This document shows, piece after piece, positions 1 through 8,584 of a stretch of 34,099 nt of DNA. This DNA is from Burkholderiaceae bacterium (GTDB lineage Bacteria; Pseudomonadota; Gammaproteobacteria; Burkholderiales; Burkholderiaceae_E). Location: NCBI GenBank assembly GCA_035761045.1, contig DASTRU010000292.1, forward strand, positions 1 through 34,099, given 5' to 3'. Position numbers and translations under genes: made by a program. Below the pieces are notes generated by a model that had not been told where the DNA came from, searched no databases, and worked only from the letters and a program-made list of their open reading frames with translations. How positions within the stretch are numbered: the stretch's first letter is position 1; each line of letters starts with the position of its first letter.

Positions 1-1
1 C

Positions 2-1150
2 ATCGACGTGTGTTCGACGCGCGCCATCGCGGCGGCGGGCGATCATGTTCGCGTTGAACCCTACTTGTGCATGGGGTGTGGTGCGTGCGCGAGCGTATGC
101 CCCACCGGCGCGATGACGTATGCCGCGCCTTCGATGCCCGATCTCGGTCAACGCGTGCGCGCGATGCTGGGTGCTTTCGCGCGCGCCGGAGGTAAGGCGC
201 CCGCCTTACTGATTACCGAGGCGCGTGGCATGCAGCGCTTGAGCGACTTAGGCGCCGCCGCGCGGACTCAGCAAGCGCGTGGTTTGCCGGCGTCCTTGGT
301 GCCGCTTGAGGTATTGCATGTGGCGAGCGTTGGTCCCGATGCTTCGCTCGCGGCGCTCGCGGCGGGCGCATCGCGCATTCGTTTTCTTGTCGATGAGAAG
401 ACCGCGCCAACGTATATCAACGCCATTCGCGAGCACGCCGAACTTATCAACACGATCGTCGCGGGCCTGGGTTGGTCTGAGGACGTCGTTGACGTTATCG
501 AGGCGCATGACATCGTGGCTCTCGACAACGCATTGAATGCACAACCAAACGCTCCCGCGCTCGTGCCCGCCGCGCAGTTCGCATGGCAAGCGGTGAAGCG
601 AGCAACGCTTGGCATGGCGCTCGAACATCTGCATCGGCATTCGCCTCATGCGTCGCAAACGGAATTGGTGGTCGATTTACCCGCTGGCGCGCCCTTCGGT
701 ACGGTGGCCGTGGACGCATCGGCGTGCACCTTGTGCATGTCGTGCGTTGGTCAATGTCCGACCAATGCGTTAGCCGCTGGGCAAGACACGCCGGCGCTTA
801 AGTTTTTCGAGGCGAATTGCGTGCAGTGCGGTTTATGCGCAAGCAGTTGTCCGGAAGACGCGATCACGCTTAAACCGCGCATCGCCTTCGGTGCTTCGGC
901 GCGTTCGGCGCGCACGGTGGCGCAAACACGTCCTTATGAATGTATTCGCTGCCATAAACCATTCGGCACGGCGCGCATGATCGAGGCCATGCTTGCCAAG
1001 CTCGGATCGCATGCCGTCTTCAGCGGTGCGATCGATCGTTTACGAATGTGCGCCGATTGCCGAGTGATCGATGTGTTTTCGTCAGGCGACGAAGCGCGTG
1101 TGATCGGCGTTGGCGAATCAACGTTACCCAAACAAGGAGAGCCGTCATGA
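2..1150 (+). CDS. 4Fe-4S poly-ferredoxin-like protein of the formate dehydrogenase locus (5-prime partial; frame is open to the window edge)
   Basis: Three CxxCxxCxxxCP ferredoxin motifs (CMGCGACASVCP, CTLCMSCVGQCP, CVQCGLCASSCP) plus a C-terminal CxxC...CxxC. The stop overlaps the next start in ATGA (1147-1150). No stop between position 2 and the first listed start. Confidence 0.8.
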   Translation: MDVCSTRAIAAAGDHVRVEPYLCMGCGACASVCPTGAMTYAAPSMPDLGQRVRAMLGAFARAGGKAPALLITEARGMQRLSDLGAAARTQQARGLPASLVPLEVLHVASVGPDASLAALAAGASRIRFLVDEKTAPTYINAIREHAELINTIVAGLGWSEDVVDVIEAHDIVALDNALNAQPNAPALVPAAQFAWQAVKRATLGMALEHLHRHSPHASQTELVVDLPAGAPFGTVAVDASACTLCMSCVGQCPTNALAAGQDTPALKFFEANCVQCGLCASSCPEDAITLKPRIAFGASARSARTVAQTRPYECIRCHKPFGTARMIEAMLAKLGSHAVFSGAIDRLRMCADCRVIDVFSSGDEARVIGVGESTLPKQGEPS

Positions 1151-1731
1151 GCGTGGCCGAAGAAGATCGCGATCGCGCACAGGTGTATGGCGTGCTTGGC
1201 GCCTTGTTCATGCAAGCGCCTTCGCGCGCTTTGCTCGATACCTTGGTACCCGTCGAAGGCGATCCGAGTGCATTGCTGGTTCAAGCATGGAACGACTTAG
1301 CACAGGCCGCGCGCGAGGACGAATGCTTGTGGCGCGAGGAATACGAGGCGTTATTCGTGGGTGTTGGAAAACCAGACGTGCTGTTGTGCGGGTCGTACTA
1401 CTTAGCGGGTGCGTTGCATGAACGACCGTTGGCTGAATTAAGAAGCGACTTGGCTCGCATGGGTTTTGAGCGTGATCCAAAAGCAACAGAAACGGAAGAT
1501 CATCTCGCAGCCTTGTGCAACGCAATGCATCAACTTATTTTGCGAGACGACCCCATGCAACAAACCCTTTATGTGCGACACATCGCACCATGGGTACCTC
1601 TTTTGTGTGACGCAATCGACGTTCATCCGCGTGTGCGGTGTTACCGATATGTATCGGCCTTATTGCGTGTTTTTATCGATATTGAATCGCAAGCGTGGTC
1701 GATTGAAGAATCGCGATCGATGACCTTGTGA
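1147..1731 (+). CDS. TorD/DmsD-family redox-enzyme maturation chaperone (formate dehydrogenase-specific, inferred)
   Basis: ATG at 1147 overlaps the upstream stop (ATGA). The protein MSVAEEDRDRAQVYGVLGALF...EDHLAALCNAMHQL resembles TorD-like chaperones. Located just upstream of a Tat-exported molybdoenzyme. Confidence 0.75.
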   Translation: MSVAEEDRDRAQVYGVLGALFMQAPSRALLDTLVPVEGDPSALLVQAWNDLAQAAREDECLWREEYEALFVGVGKPDVLLCGSYYLAGALHERPLAELRSDLARMGFERDPKATETEDHLAALCNAMHQLILRDDPMQQTLYVRHIAPWVPLLCDAIDVHPRVRCYRYVSALLRVFIDIESQAWSIEESRSMTL

Positions 1732-1830
1732 AACTCAATAACGAATGCAATACTCAAGAGCATATTCATATGAACAACTAATGTATTAGACGACTAAGCA
1801 ATGACCCCGTGGCGGCAACGTTCCGCTATA

Positions 1831-1871
1831 GGCACCCAAATAAATTAGTACTTAGTACTAAGGGCACCCAA
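1831..1871 (+). promoter_or_regulatory. Candidate operator: 17-bp perfect palindrome TTAGTACT-T-AGTACTAA (1845-1861) flanked by 9-bp direct repeats GGCACCCAA (1831-1839 and 1863-1871)
   Basis: Read directly from the sequence. It lies in a 152-bp AT-rich gap between the chaperone gene and the FDH structural genes. The second repeat touches the SD of the small Tat protein gene. Confidence 0.4.
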
Positions 1872-1883
1872 GGAGACAGGGTT

Positions 1884-2096
1884 ATGAAGCAAGCCAAAAA
1901 TCCGACGGCTCGACGCGGATTCCTCATCGGCGCTGGCGCCGCCGCGGCAGTCACGGCGGGCGCGGTGGTCACTCAATCGCAACGTCAAGTCAACGCCGAC
2001 GTCCCTGAAGTATTAAGCCCCGAGTCCACCGATTCGGGGCGGGGTTACCGGCTCACGGATCACATTCAACGGTATTACCGCACCACGCGTATCTAA
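1884..2096 (+). CDS. Small twin-arginine-signal protein (formate dehydrogenase region Tat-target type)
   Basis: AGGAGA SD at 1871-1876, ATG at 1884. Tat motif ARRGFLIGAGAAAA. 70 aa, immediately upstream of the alpha subunit, as in the small Tat-target family that accompanies this FDH type. Confidence 0.75.
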   Translation: MKQAKNPTARRGFLIGAGAAAAVTAGAVVTQSQRQVNADVPEVLSPESTDSGRGYRLTDHIQRYYRTTRI

Positions 2097-2148
2097 CGTG
2101 TGTTCGCGGCCTTAGTTCTCATCATCTCGACGTATTCGGGAGCTTTCC

Positions 2149-5091
2149 ATGCTCGTCCGTAAGATCTCGCGCATGCCCGCCAATCGTGGCGCGGCATTAC
2201 TCGATAGCGCCGTACGTGGCGCTCAACACGCCGTGGCCACCATCGGTCGGCGGGACTTTTTAAAGCGATCTGGCCTTGGGTTAGGCCTTGGCGCCGCGGC
2301 GACGCAGCTGCCTAACGGATTCGTCCGGCAGGCTCGCGCGGCCGACGACAAGGCTGCCGCGACAGGCACGGGCAAGGTCGAGGTCAAGCGTACCGTGTGC
2401 ACGCATTGTTCGGTGGGTTGCGCGATCGACGCGATCGTTGAAAACGGCGTATGGGTTCGACAAGAGCCGGTGTTCGATTCGCCAATCAACTTAGGCGCGC
2501 ATTGCGCGAAGGGCGCTGCGATCCGCGAGCACGGCCACGGCGAGCATCGTCTGAAGTCGCCGATGAAGTTGGTCAATGGCAAATACCAGAAGATCACCTG
2601 GGATGAAGCTTACGACGCCATCGCGAAGAAGATGCAGGAGCTGCGCAAGGAAAGCGGCCCCGATTCGTTGTTCTTCGTTGGCAGCTCCAAGCACAACAAC
2701 GAGCAAGCGTATTTGATGCGCAAGTGGGTGTCGCTTTGGGGCACGAACAACACCGACCACCAAGCGCGTATTTGCCACTCGACCACGGTCGCGGGCGTGG
2801 CCAATACGTGGGGGTATGGTGCGATGACCAACTCCTACAACGACATGCAAAACACGAAGGCGATGATGTTCATCGGCTCCAATGCGGCGGAAGCGCATCC
2901 GGTGTCGATGATGCATACCCTGCATGCGAAGGAGTCGGGCGCCACGATGATCGTGGTCGATCCACGATTTACCCGTACGGCCGCTCGCGCCGATCAATAC
3001 GTGCGTATTCGTTCGGGCTCGGACATCGCCTTCCTTTATGGATTGATGTGGCACATCTTCAAGAACGGCTGGGAAGATAAGAAGTACATCGAAGACCGCG
3101 TGTACGGCATGGATAAGGTCCGCGAGGAAGTCCTAAGTAAATGGGATCCGAAGGCGGTTGAAGACGTATGCGGCGTGCCCGAGGCCGAGGTGTACAAGGT
3201 CGCGGAAACGATGGCGAAGAATCGTCCGTCCACCATTGTGTGGTGCATGGGCCAAACTCAACACTCGATCGGTAACGCGATGGTGCGCGCAAGCTGCCTC
3301 GTGCAACTCGCGTTGGGCAACATCGGCGTGTCGGGCGGTGGCGCGAACATCTTCCGTGGTCACGACAACGTGCAAGGCGCGACCGACGTGGGCTCCAATC
3401 CCGATTCCTTACCCGGTTACTACGGATTAGCCGCCGGTTCGTGGAAGCATTGGGCCGCCGTGTGGGGCTTGGACGTTGAAGACATCAAAAAACGTTATGC
3501 ACCCGGCATGATGGAAAAGTCGGGCATGACGGTGTCGCGCTGGGTTGATGGCGTACTCGAAAAGAACGAGCTCATCGATCAAGAATCGAATCTGCGCGGC
3601 ATGTTCTTTTGGGGACACGCGCCGAACTCGCAAACGCGCGGTCTTGATATGAAGAAGGCGCTCGACAAACTCGATCTGCTGGTCGTTGTCGATCCTTATC
3701 CTTCGGCCACCGCCGCCATGGCCGCGATGCCGGCCGAAGGTTCCACGCTTAATCCAAAACGCGAGGTTTACTTACTGCCCGCGTGCACGCAGTTTGAAAC
3801 GAGTGGTTCGTGCACCGCGTCGAATCGTTCAATCCAATGGCGCGAAAAAGTCATCGATCCGCTGTTCGATTCGCGTACCGATCACATGATCATGTATCAG
3901 CTCGCCGAGAAACTTGGCTTTGGTAAGGAGCTGGTCAAGAACTACAAGATGGTGCCGGCCAAGGGCGGCATGTTGGAGCCCGAACCCGAATCGATCTTGC
4001 GCGAGATCAATAAGGGCACGTGGACGATTGGTTACTCCGGTCAATCGCCCGAGCGCTTGAAGCTTCACATGAAGAATATGAATACCTTCGATGTGAAGAC
4101 GCTTAAGGCCAAGGGTGGTCCGTGCGATGGCGAATACTTTGGCTTGCCGTGGCCTTGCTATGGCAACCCGGAACTCAAACATCCCGGCTCGCCTAATTTG
4201 TACGACACCAGCAAACACGTAATGGATGGTGGCGGTAATTTCCGCGCCAACTTTGGTGTCGAGCGCGATGGCGTTTCGCTACTGGCGGGCGATGGGTCGG
4301 CGTCCAAAGGCTCAGATCTACCGTTCGGTTATCCCGAGTTCGATCACGTATTACTTAAGAAGCTCGGCTGGTGGGACGAACTCACCGAGGACGAAAAGAA
4401 AGCCGCCGAAGGCAAGAACTGGAAGACCGATTTATCCGGCGGAATCATTCGTGTCGTGATGAAGAACCACGGCTGCCATCCGTTCGGCAACGCGAAAGCG
4501 CGCGCGGTGGTGTGGAACTTCCCGGACCCCGTGCCGCAGCACCGCGAGGCTTTGTATTCCACTCGTCCCGATCTCGTGGCGAAGTACCCGACGCACGACG
4601 ACAAGAAAGCGTTCTGGCGGTTGCCCACGCTTTATAAGTCGGTGCAAGAAAAGAATAAGGACATCGGCAAGGAGTTCCCGCTCATCATGACGTCGGGTCG
4701 CTTGGTCGAATACGAAGGCGGTGGCGAGGAAACGCGTTCGAACCCATGGCTTGCCGAATTGCAGCAAGACATGTTCGTCGAAATTAACCCTAAGTCGGCC
4801 AACGACCGTGGCATTCGCAACGGCGAGATGGTGTGGGTCAAGACACCGACTGGGGCGCAACTCAAGGTCAAGGCACTAGTGACGGAACGCGTTGGGCCCG
4901 ACACGGTGTTCCTGCCGTTCCACTTTTCGGGTTGGTGGCAAGGCAAGGACATGCTGGCTTACTACCCCGAAGGCGCCGCGCCGATCGTGCGAGGCGAAGC
5001 GGTGAACACCGCCACCACCTACGGCTACGACAGCGTAACGATGATGCAAGAAACCAAGACCACGGTTTGCCAAGTGGTCAAGGCAGCCTAA
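2149..5091 (+). CDS. Formate dehydrogenase alpha subunit (molybdopterin, Tat-exported, cysteine rather than selenocysteine)
   Basis: 980 aa. Tat signal GRRDFLKRSGLGLG. N-terminal Fe-S motif CTHCSVGCAI...C. Active-site stretch HQARICHSTTVAG aligns with E. coli FdnG HQARVUHGPTVA, with a TGC Cys codon at 2773-2775. GGGAG SD upstream. Confidence 0.95.
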   Translation: MLVRKISRMPANRGAALLDSAVRGAQHAVATIGRRDFLKRSGLGLGLGAAATQLPNGFVRQARAADDKAAATGTGKVEVKRTVCTHCSVGCAIDAIVENGVWVRQEPVFDSPINLGAHCAKGAAIREHGHGEHRLKSPMKLVNGKYQKITWDEAYDAIAKKMQELRKESGPDSLFFVGSSKHNNEQAYLMRKWVSLWGTNNTDHQARICHSTTVAGVANTWGYGAMTNSYNDMQNTKAMMFIGSNAAEAHPVSMMHTLHAKESGATMIVVDPRFTRTAARADQYVRIRSGSDIAFLYGLMWHIFKNGWEDKKYIEDRVYGMDKVREEVLSKWDPKAVEDVCGVPEAEVYKVAETMAKNRPSTIVWCMGQTQHSIGNAMVRASCLVQLALGNIGVSGGGANIFRGHDNVQGATDVGSNPDSLPGYYGLAAGSWKHWAAVWGLDVEDIKKRYAPGMMEKSGMTVSRWVDGVLEKNELIDQESNLRGMFFWGHAPNSQTRGLDMKKALDKLDLLVVVDPYPSATAAMAAMPAEGSTLNPKREVYLLPACTQFETSGSCTASNRSIQWREKVIDPLFDSRTDHMIMYQLAEKLGFGKELVKNYKMVPAKGGMLEPEPESILREINKGTWTIGYSGQSPERLKLHMKNMNTFDVKTLKAKGGPCDGEYFGLPWPCYGNPELKHPGSPNLYDTSKHVMDGGGNFRANFGVERDGVSLLAGDGSASKGSDLPFGYPEFDHVLLKKLGWWDELTEDEKKAAEGKNWKTDLSGGIIRVVMKNHGCHPFGNAKARAVVWNFPDPVPQHREALYSTRPDLVAKYPTHDDKKAFWRLPTLYKSVQEKNKDIGKEFPLIMTSGRLVEYEGGGEETRSNPWLAELQQDMFVEINPKSANDRGIRNGEMVWVKTPTGAQLKVKALVTERVGPDTVFLPFHFSGWWQGKDMLAYYPEGAAPIVRGEAVNTATTYGYDSVTMMQETKTTVCQVVKAA

Positions 5092-5119
5092 GCGCGACAG
5101 GGAACGAGGAGACAACGAT

Positions 5120-5734
5120 ATGGCACGCATGAAGTTTCTTTGCGATACCGAGCGCTGCATCGAGTGCAACGGCTGCGCAACCGCATGTAAGAACGAACAC
5201 GATTTGCCGTGGGGCGTGAATCGCCGCCGCGTCGTCACGATGAACGACGGCGAAATCGGTAAGGAAAAATCGGTGTCGGTCGCCTGCATGCATTGCTCCG
5301 ACGCGCCATGCATGGCGGTATGCCCGACCGATTGCTTCTACCGCACTGAAGAAGGCGTGGTGTTGCACGACAAGGACATCTGCATCGGCTGCGGCTACTG
5401 CTTCTACGCCTGTCCGTTTGGCGCGCCGCAATTTCCTAATACCGGCGCGTTCGGCGTGCGCGGCAAGATGGACAAGTGCACGTTCTGCGCGGGCGGCCCC
5501 GAAAAGGACGGCAGCAAGGAAGAGTTCGAAAAGTACGGACGCAATCGCATCGCCGAAGGCAAGCTGCCCGCGTGCGCGGAAATGTGCTCGACCAAAGCCT
5601 TGCTCGCGGGTGACTCCGACGTCGTGTCGGACATCTTCCGCCAGCGCGTGCTCAAACGTGGCAAGGGCGCGGAGCTGCCGGGTTGGAAGACAGCGTATGG
5701 CGCGCCGTCCGCGCCGACGAACTCGACTAAATAA
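5120..5734 (+). CDS. Formate dehydrogenase beta (4Fe-4S iron-sulfur) subunit
   Basis: GAGGAG SD upstream. Multiple ferredoxin Cys clusters (CIECNGCATACK, CMHCSDAPCMAVCP, CIGCGYCFYACP, CTFC...C..MC). Located directly after the alpha subunit. Confidence 0.9.
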   Translation: MARMKFLCDTERCIECNGCATACKNEHDLPWGVNRRRVVTMNDGEIGKEKSVSVACMHCSDAPCMAVCPTDCFYRTEEGVVLHDKDICIGCGYCFYACPFGAPQFPNTGAFGVRGKMDKCTFCAGGPEKDGSKEEFEKYGRNRIAEGKLPACAEMCSTKALLAGDSDVVSDIFRQRVLKRGKGAELPGWKTAYGAPSAPTNSTK

Positions 5735-5749
5735 TCGAAAGGGCATGCG

Positions 5750-5989
5750 ATGAAGATTCGTCTATTCGCGCTGCTGGCGATTTCGACCGTGGCTCTCGCG
5801 GGATGCGGCGAATACCAGCATTCGCTCGACGCTAAGGAACGTAAGTACGCCGGGCGTATCGATACGCAGCCTTGGAAGGGCGAGGCGCCCGCCGCGCAAG
5901 GGCGCTTTACCGCTGGCGATAAGGCGTCATGGGAATCGGCCCTGCGTGCTCGCGCGCAGAACCAAAACGAATACGTGAAGTCGCCGTGA
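5750..5989 (+). CDS. Small lipoprotein of unknown function embedded in the FDH operon
   Basis: Signal peptide plus lipobox MKIRLFALLAISTVALAG|C. 79 aa. 15-nt gap after the beta subunit and 16 nt before gamma. Confidence 0.65.
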   Translation: MKIRLFALLAISTVALAGCGEYQHSLDAKERKYAGRIDTQPWKGEAPAAQGRFTAGDKASWESALRARAQNQNEYVKSP

Positions 5990-6005
5990 ACCCCGGGAGA
6001 CCGTG

Positions 6006-7022
6006 ATGATGATTCGAACGATCGCGGCGTGCTTGTTCGCCGGCGTGATGTCGATGGCCGTGGCGCAATCGCCCGCGCCAAGCGGCGCCAACGCCACCAC
6101 GGCGACGCAAACGACATCGCCCCAAGTCGCGCGAGCCGACGCGCCTAATCCACTACAACCAGGCAACAACGCGCCGGTATGGCGCGAGGTTCGTCAAGGC
6201 GAGGCGGGTTATGCATCGCTTCCCGCGCGTGAAGCAGGCGTGTTGATCCTTACGTCGGGTCAAACATGGCGAACCATTCGCAATGGCCCCGTCACGTGGA
6301 TCGGCGGTGGTTTAGTCATCGCGGTTGTTCTCGCGCTCGCGGCCTTTTACTTACTCAAGGGTCCGATTCGCCTAAACGAAGCACCCACCGGGCGACGTGT
6401 GCTGCGCTTTAAACATATCGAGCGACTCGCGCACTGGACGACGGCGATTAGCTTCGTGGTGCTCGCGGTCACCGGCTTGCTGATGCTGTTTGGCAAGCAC
6501 GTGCTTATGCCGGTGCTCGGGCATACGGTGCATGGATGGATCGTGATTCTTGGAAAGAACGTGCACAACTTCGTTGGGCCGGTGTTTTCCGTTGCGCTCG
6601 TGTTCGTCATCTTGATCTTCCTGCGCGACAACTTGCCAACCGCGCGCGATTGGTTGTGGATCAAGAAGGGCGGCGGCTTATTCACCGGCGAGCATGTGCC
6701 AAGCGGCCGATTCAACGCGATGCAAAAGATGTTGTTTTGGGGCGGCGTCGTGGCCTTGGGCGTGATCGTGACGATCACTGGCTACGTTCTCGATTTCCCG
6801 AATTTCAACCAGCTGCGCGCGACCATGCAGACCATGCACCTCGTGCATACGATCGCGGCCCTGTTGTTCGTGGCGATGATGCTGGGTCATATCTACATCG
6901 GCACAATCGGCATGGAAGGTGCGCTGGACGCGATGAAAACCGGTTACGTGGATGAGTCGTGGGCCAAGGAGCATCACGAGGACTGGTATCACGAAGTCAA
7001 AACGAGTCAGCGCCCCACCTAA
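6006..7022 (+). CDS. Formate dehydrogenase gamma subunit (cytochrome b, membrane anchor) with an N-terminal periplasmic extension
   Basis: Signal-like N-terminus, then four or more hydrophobic helices with conserved His residues (HWTTAISF, HNFVGP, HTIAALLF, GHIYIG) typical of FdnI-type cytochrome b. GGGAGA SD at 5995-6000. Candidate starts GTG 6003, ATG 6006, ATG 6009. Confidence 0.85.
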   Translation: MMIRTIAACLFAGVMSMAVAQSPAPSGANATTATQTTSPQVARADAPNPLQPGNNAPVWREVRQGEAGYASLPAREAGVLILTSGQTWRTIRNGPVTWIGGGLVIAVVLALAAFYLLKGPIRLNEAPTGRRVLRFKHIERLAHWTTAISFVVLAVTGLLMLFGKHVLMPVLGHTVHGWIVILGKNVHNFVGPVFSVALVFVILIFLRDNLPTARDWLWIKKGGGLFTGEHVPSGRFNAMQKMLFWGGVVALGVIVTITGYVLDFPNFNQLRATMQTMHLVHTIAALLFVAMMLGHIYIGTIGMEGALDAMKTGYVDESWAKEHHEDWYHEVKTSQRPT

Positions 7023-7046
7023 ATCACGCTACGCGGAGACAACGCG

Positions 7047-7295
7047 ATGAAACGCTTAACGCTGCTTGCTGTGTTGCTCGTCGGTGCCATGAGTGCCGCT
7101 CAAGCCAAACTACCGCCACCCACCGACGAACAAAAAGCCAAGGCCGAGGAAGCAAAAGCCAAGGCGGCGGAAGCCGCGAAGAAGGACGGCGAGTTGCTCG
7201 CGGCGTATCAAGACAAAGTCGTCGCGCGCTATAAAGGCCAAGGCGATACGCCAAAAACCGCCAAGCCAGCGACGCCGGCCGCCACGAAAAAGTAA
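7047..7295 (+). CDS. Small secreted Lys/Ala/Pro-rich protein, unknown function
   Basis: Sec-type signal MKRLTLLAVLLVGAMSAAQA, then a low-complexity KAKAEEAKAKAAEAAKK segment. 24 nt after the gamma subunit, GGAGAC SD. Confidence 0.55.
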   Translation: MKRLTLLAVLLVGAMSAAQAKLPPPTDEQKAKAEEAKAKAAEAAKKDGELLAAYQDKVVARYKGQGDTPKTAKPATPAATKK

Positions 7296-7377
7296 GGAGC
7301 TTGGCGTTTCCGTTTCGCGCCGCGATAAGAAACTCAATTTCTAATCGAATTGGTTCCTAAGTACTCCACTGGCTAAA

Positions 7378-7403
7378 TCATGCGTGCAGAATTGCACGCA
7401 TGA
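7378..7403 (+). promoter_or_regulatory. Perfect 11-bp inverted repeat TCATGCGTGCA-GAAT-TGCACGCATGA that covers the DUF1178 start codon
   Basis: Arms at 7378-7388 and 7393-7403, and the ATG at 7400-7402 lies in the 3-prime arm. It could be a terminator-like hairpin ending the FDH operon (weak T-tract TCGTATTT), a translational occlusion element or a protein operator. Confidence 0.4.
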
Positions 7404-7864
7404 TCGTATTTGACCTTGCCTGCGAACACGCGCATCGCTTCGAAGCTTGGTTCTCGTCGGCCGACGCCTACCAAGCCCAGCGTCAACGTGCGTTGATCTC
7501 GTGTCCCGTTTGCGCCAGCTGTCGCGTTGAGCGCATGCCGTCTTCCACACGAGTAAATCTTTCCCGCGTCAGATCAAACGCGTCCTCGCACGACGGCAAA
7601 TCCGTCGATGTCGCGCGAAACCAAGGGGAAATGGTGCCGATGGCCAACGCGGCTTGGCTGCGCGCGGTGCGCGCGTTGTTATCGAGCGCCGACAACGTTG
7701 GTGAACGTTTCGCCGATGAGGTTCGCCGTATTCACGACGGCGAATTGCCTCCGCGCAATATCCGTGGCTTTGTCACTCTCGAAGAAGCGCAATCGTTGCT
7801 GGAAGAGGGCATCGACGTGTTGCCGTTGCCCAATCTTCCGTTCACCGATGGACCGCTGCATTAA
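7400..7864 (+). CDS. DUF1178 family zinc-ribbon protein
   Basis: The N-terminus MIVFDLACEHAHRFEAWFSSADAYQAQ...CPVCAS matches the characteristic DUF1178 start. Confidence 0.75.
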   Translation: MIVFDLACEHAHRFEAWFSSADAYQAQRQRALISCPVCASCRVERMPSSTRVNLSRVRSNASSHDGKSVDVARNQGEMVPMANAAWLRAVRALLSSADNVGERFADEVRRIHDGELPPRNIRGFVTLEEAQSLLEEGIDVLPLPNLPFTDGPLH

Positions 7865-7874
7865 CGAGCGGTCC
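7850..7874. terminator. Hairpin between the convergent DUF1178 and GST genes (possible bidirectional terminator, no U-tract)
   Basis: GGACCGCT-GCATTAACG-AGCGGTCC, an 8-bp stem whose loop contains the DUF1178 TAA stop (7862-7864). No T-run on either side, so weak as an intrinsic terminator. Confidence 0.25.
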
Positions 7875-7891
7875 ATCGCGCTCACGCGGGT

Positions 7892-8584
7892 TTAGTGACG
7901 TTGGTATTGCGTCGCGCCGAACAACACATCGCGCGATTTCTCGTCGGTTAAATCCTGGCGCTGTTGCGAGAGTACTTCCACGCCGCGCTTGACCGCCGGC
8001 CGCTCGCCGATCTCTTCAAACCAGCGTTGCACCGACTTGAACTCATCGAGATCAACGCCTTGGTTTTTCCAACTGCGAATCCACGGCCAAATCGCGATAT
8101 CGGCGATCGTGTATTCGCCGCCCGCGATGAAGTGATGCTTGGCGAGTTGTCGGTCCATCACGCCATACAAACGCCGCGCTTCGTTGGTGTAGCGATCAAT
8201 CGCGTATGGCACTTTCTCCGGCGCGTAAATACGAAAGTGATGCGCTTGGCCAAGCATGGGGCCGATGCCGCCCATTTGAAACATCAGCCATTGCAAGGTC
8301 GCGTATTTCTCGCGCGCGTCGTTGGGCAGGAAGCGGCCCGTCTTGCCCGCGAGGTAGATCAATATCGCGCCCGACTCGAACAGCGAGATTGGCTTGCCGT
8401 CGATGCCTTGCGGATCGACGATGGCTGGGATTTTGTTGTTGGGGCTGATCTTGAGGAACTCTGGCTTGAATTGGTCGCCCGCGCCGATGTTCACGGCGTG
8501 AACCATATAAGCGAGCCCGCATTCCTCAAGCATGATGTGCACCTTATGCCCGTTTGGCGTTGCCCAGCTGTAGACGTCGATCAC
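7892..8584 (-). CDS. yfcG: Nu-class glutathione S-transferase (YfcG-like disulfide reductase type)
   Basis: [21 protein letters not shown]...[19 protein letters not shown]...[12 protein letters not shown] closely parallels E. coli YfcG. GTG start overlaps the upstream stop (GTGA), with a GGAGGA SD 6 nt upstream. Confidence 0.85.
   Translation of the reverse strand: MIDVYSWATPNGHKVHIMLEECGLAYMVHAVNIGAGDQFKPEFLKISPNNKIPAIVDPQGIDGKPISLFESGAILIYLAGKTGRFLPNDAREKYATLQWLMFQMGGIGPMLGQAHHFRIYAPEKVPYAIDRYTNEARRLYGVMDRQLAKHHFIAGGEYTIADIAIWPWIRSWKNQGVDLDEFKSVQRWFEEIGERPAVKRGVEVLSQQRQDLTDEKSRDVLFGATQYQRH

Noticed and set aside
1732-1883. Molybdenum-cofactor riboswitch or sigma-54 promoter upstream of the FDH structural genes (GGCAC elements).
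   Set aside because: GGCACCCAA is not followed by TTGC at the -12 spacing. I could not trace the multi-stem Moco-RNA architecture or its conserved loops. Only short AU-rich palindromes are present.
2149-5091. Selenocysteine recoding or a SECIS element in the formate dehydrogenase alpha gene.
   Set aside because: The ORF is uninterrupted, and the codon aligned with the E. coli FdnG Sec is TGC (2773-2775). This is a Cys-type enzyme.
7380-7403. Seven-codon mini-ORF MRAELHA whose TGA overlaps the DUF1178 ATG (ATGA), as a possible leader peptide.
   Set aside because: ATG...CAT symmetry is an automatic by-product of the palindrome (TCATG.../...CATGA). There is no SD and no independent evidence of translation.
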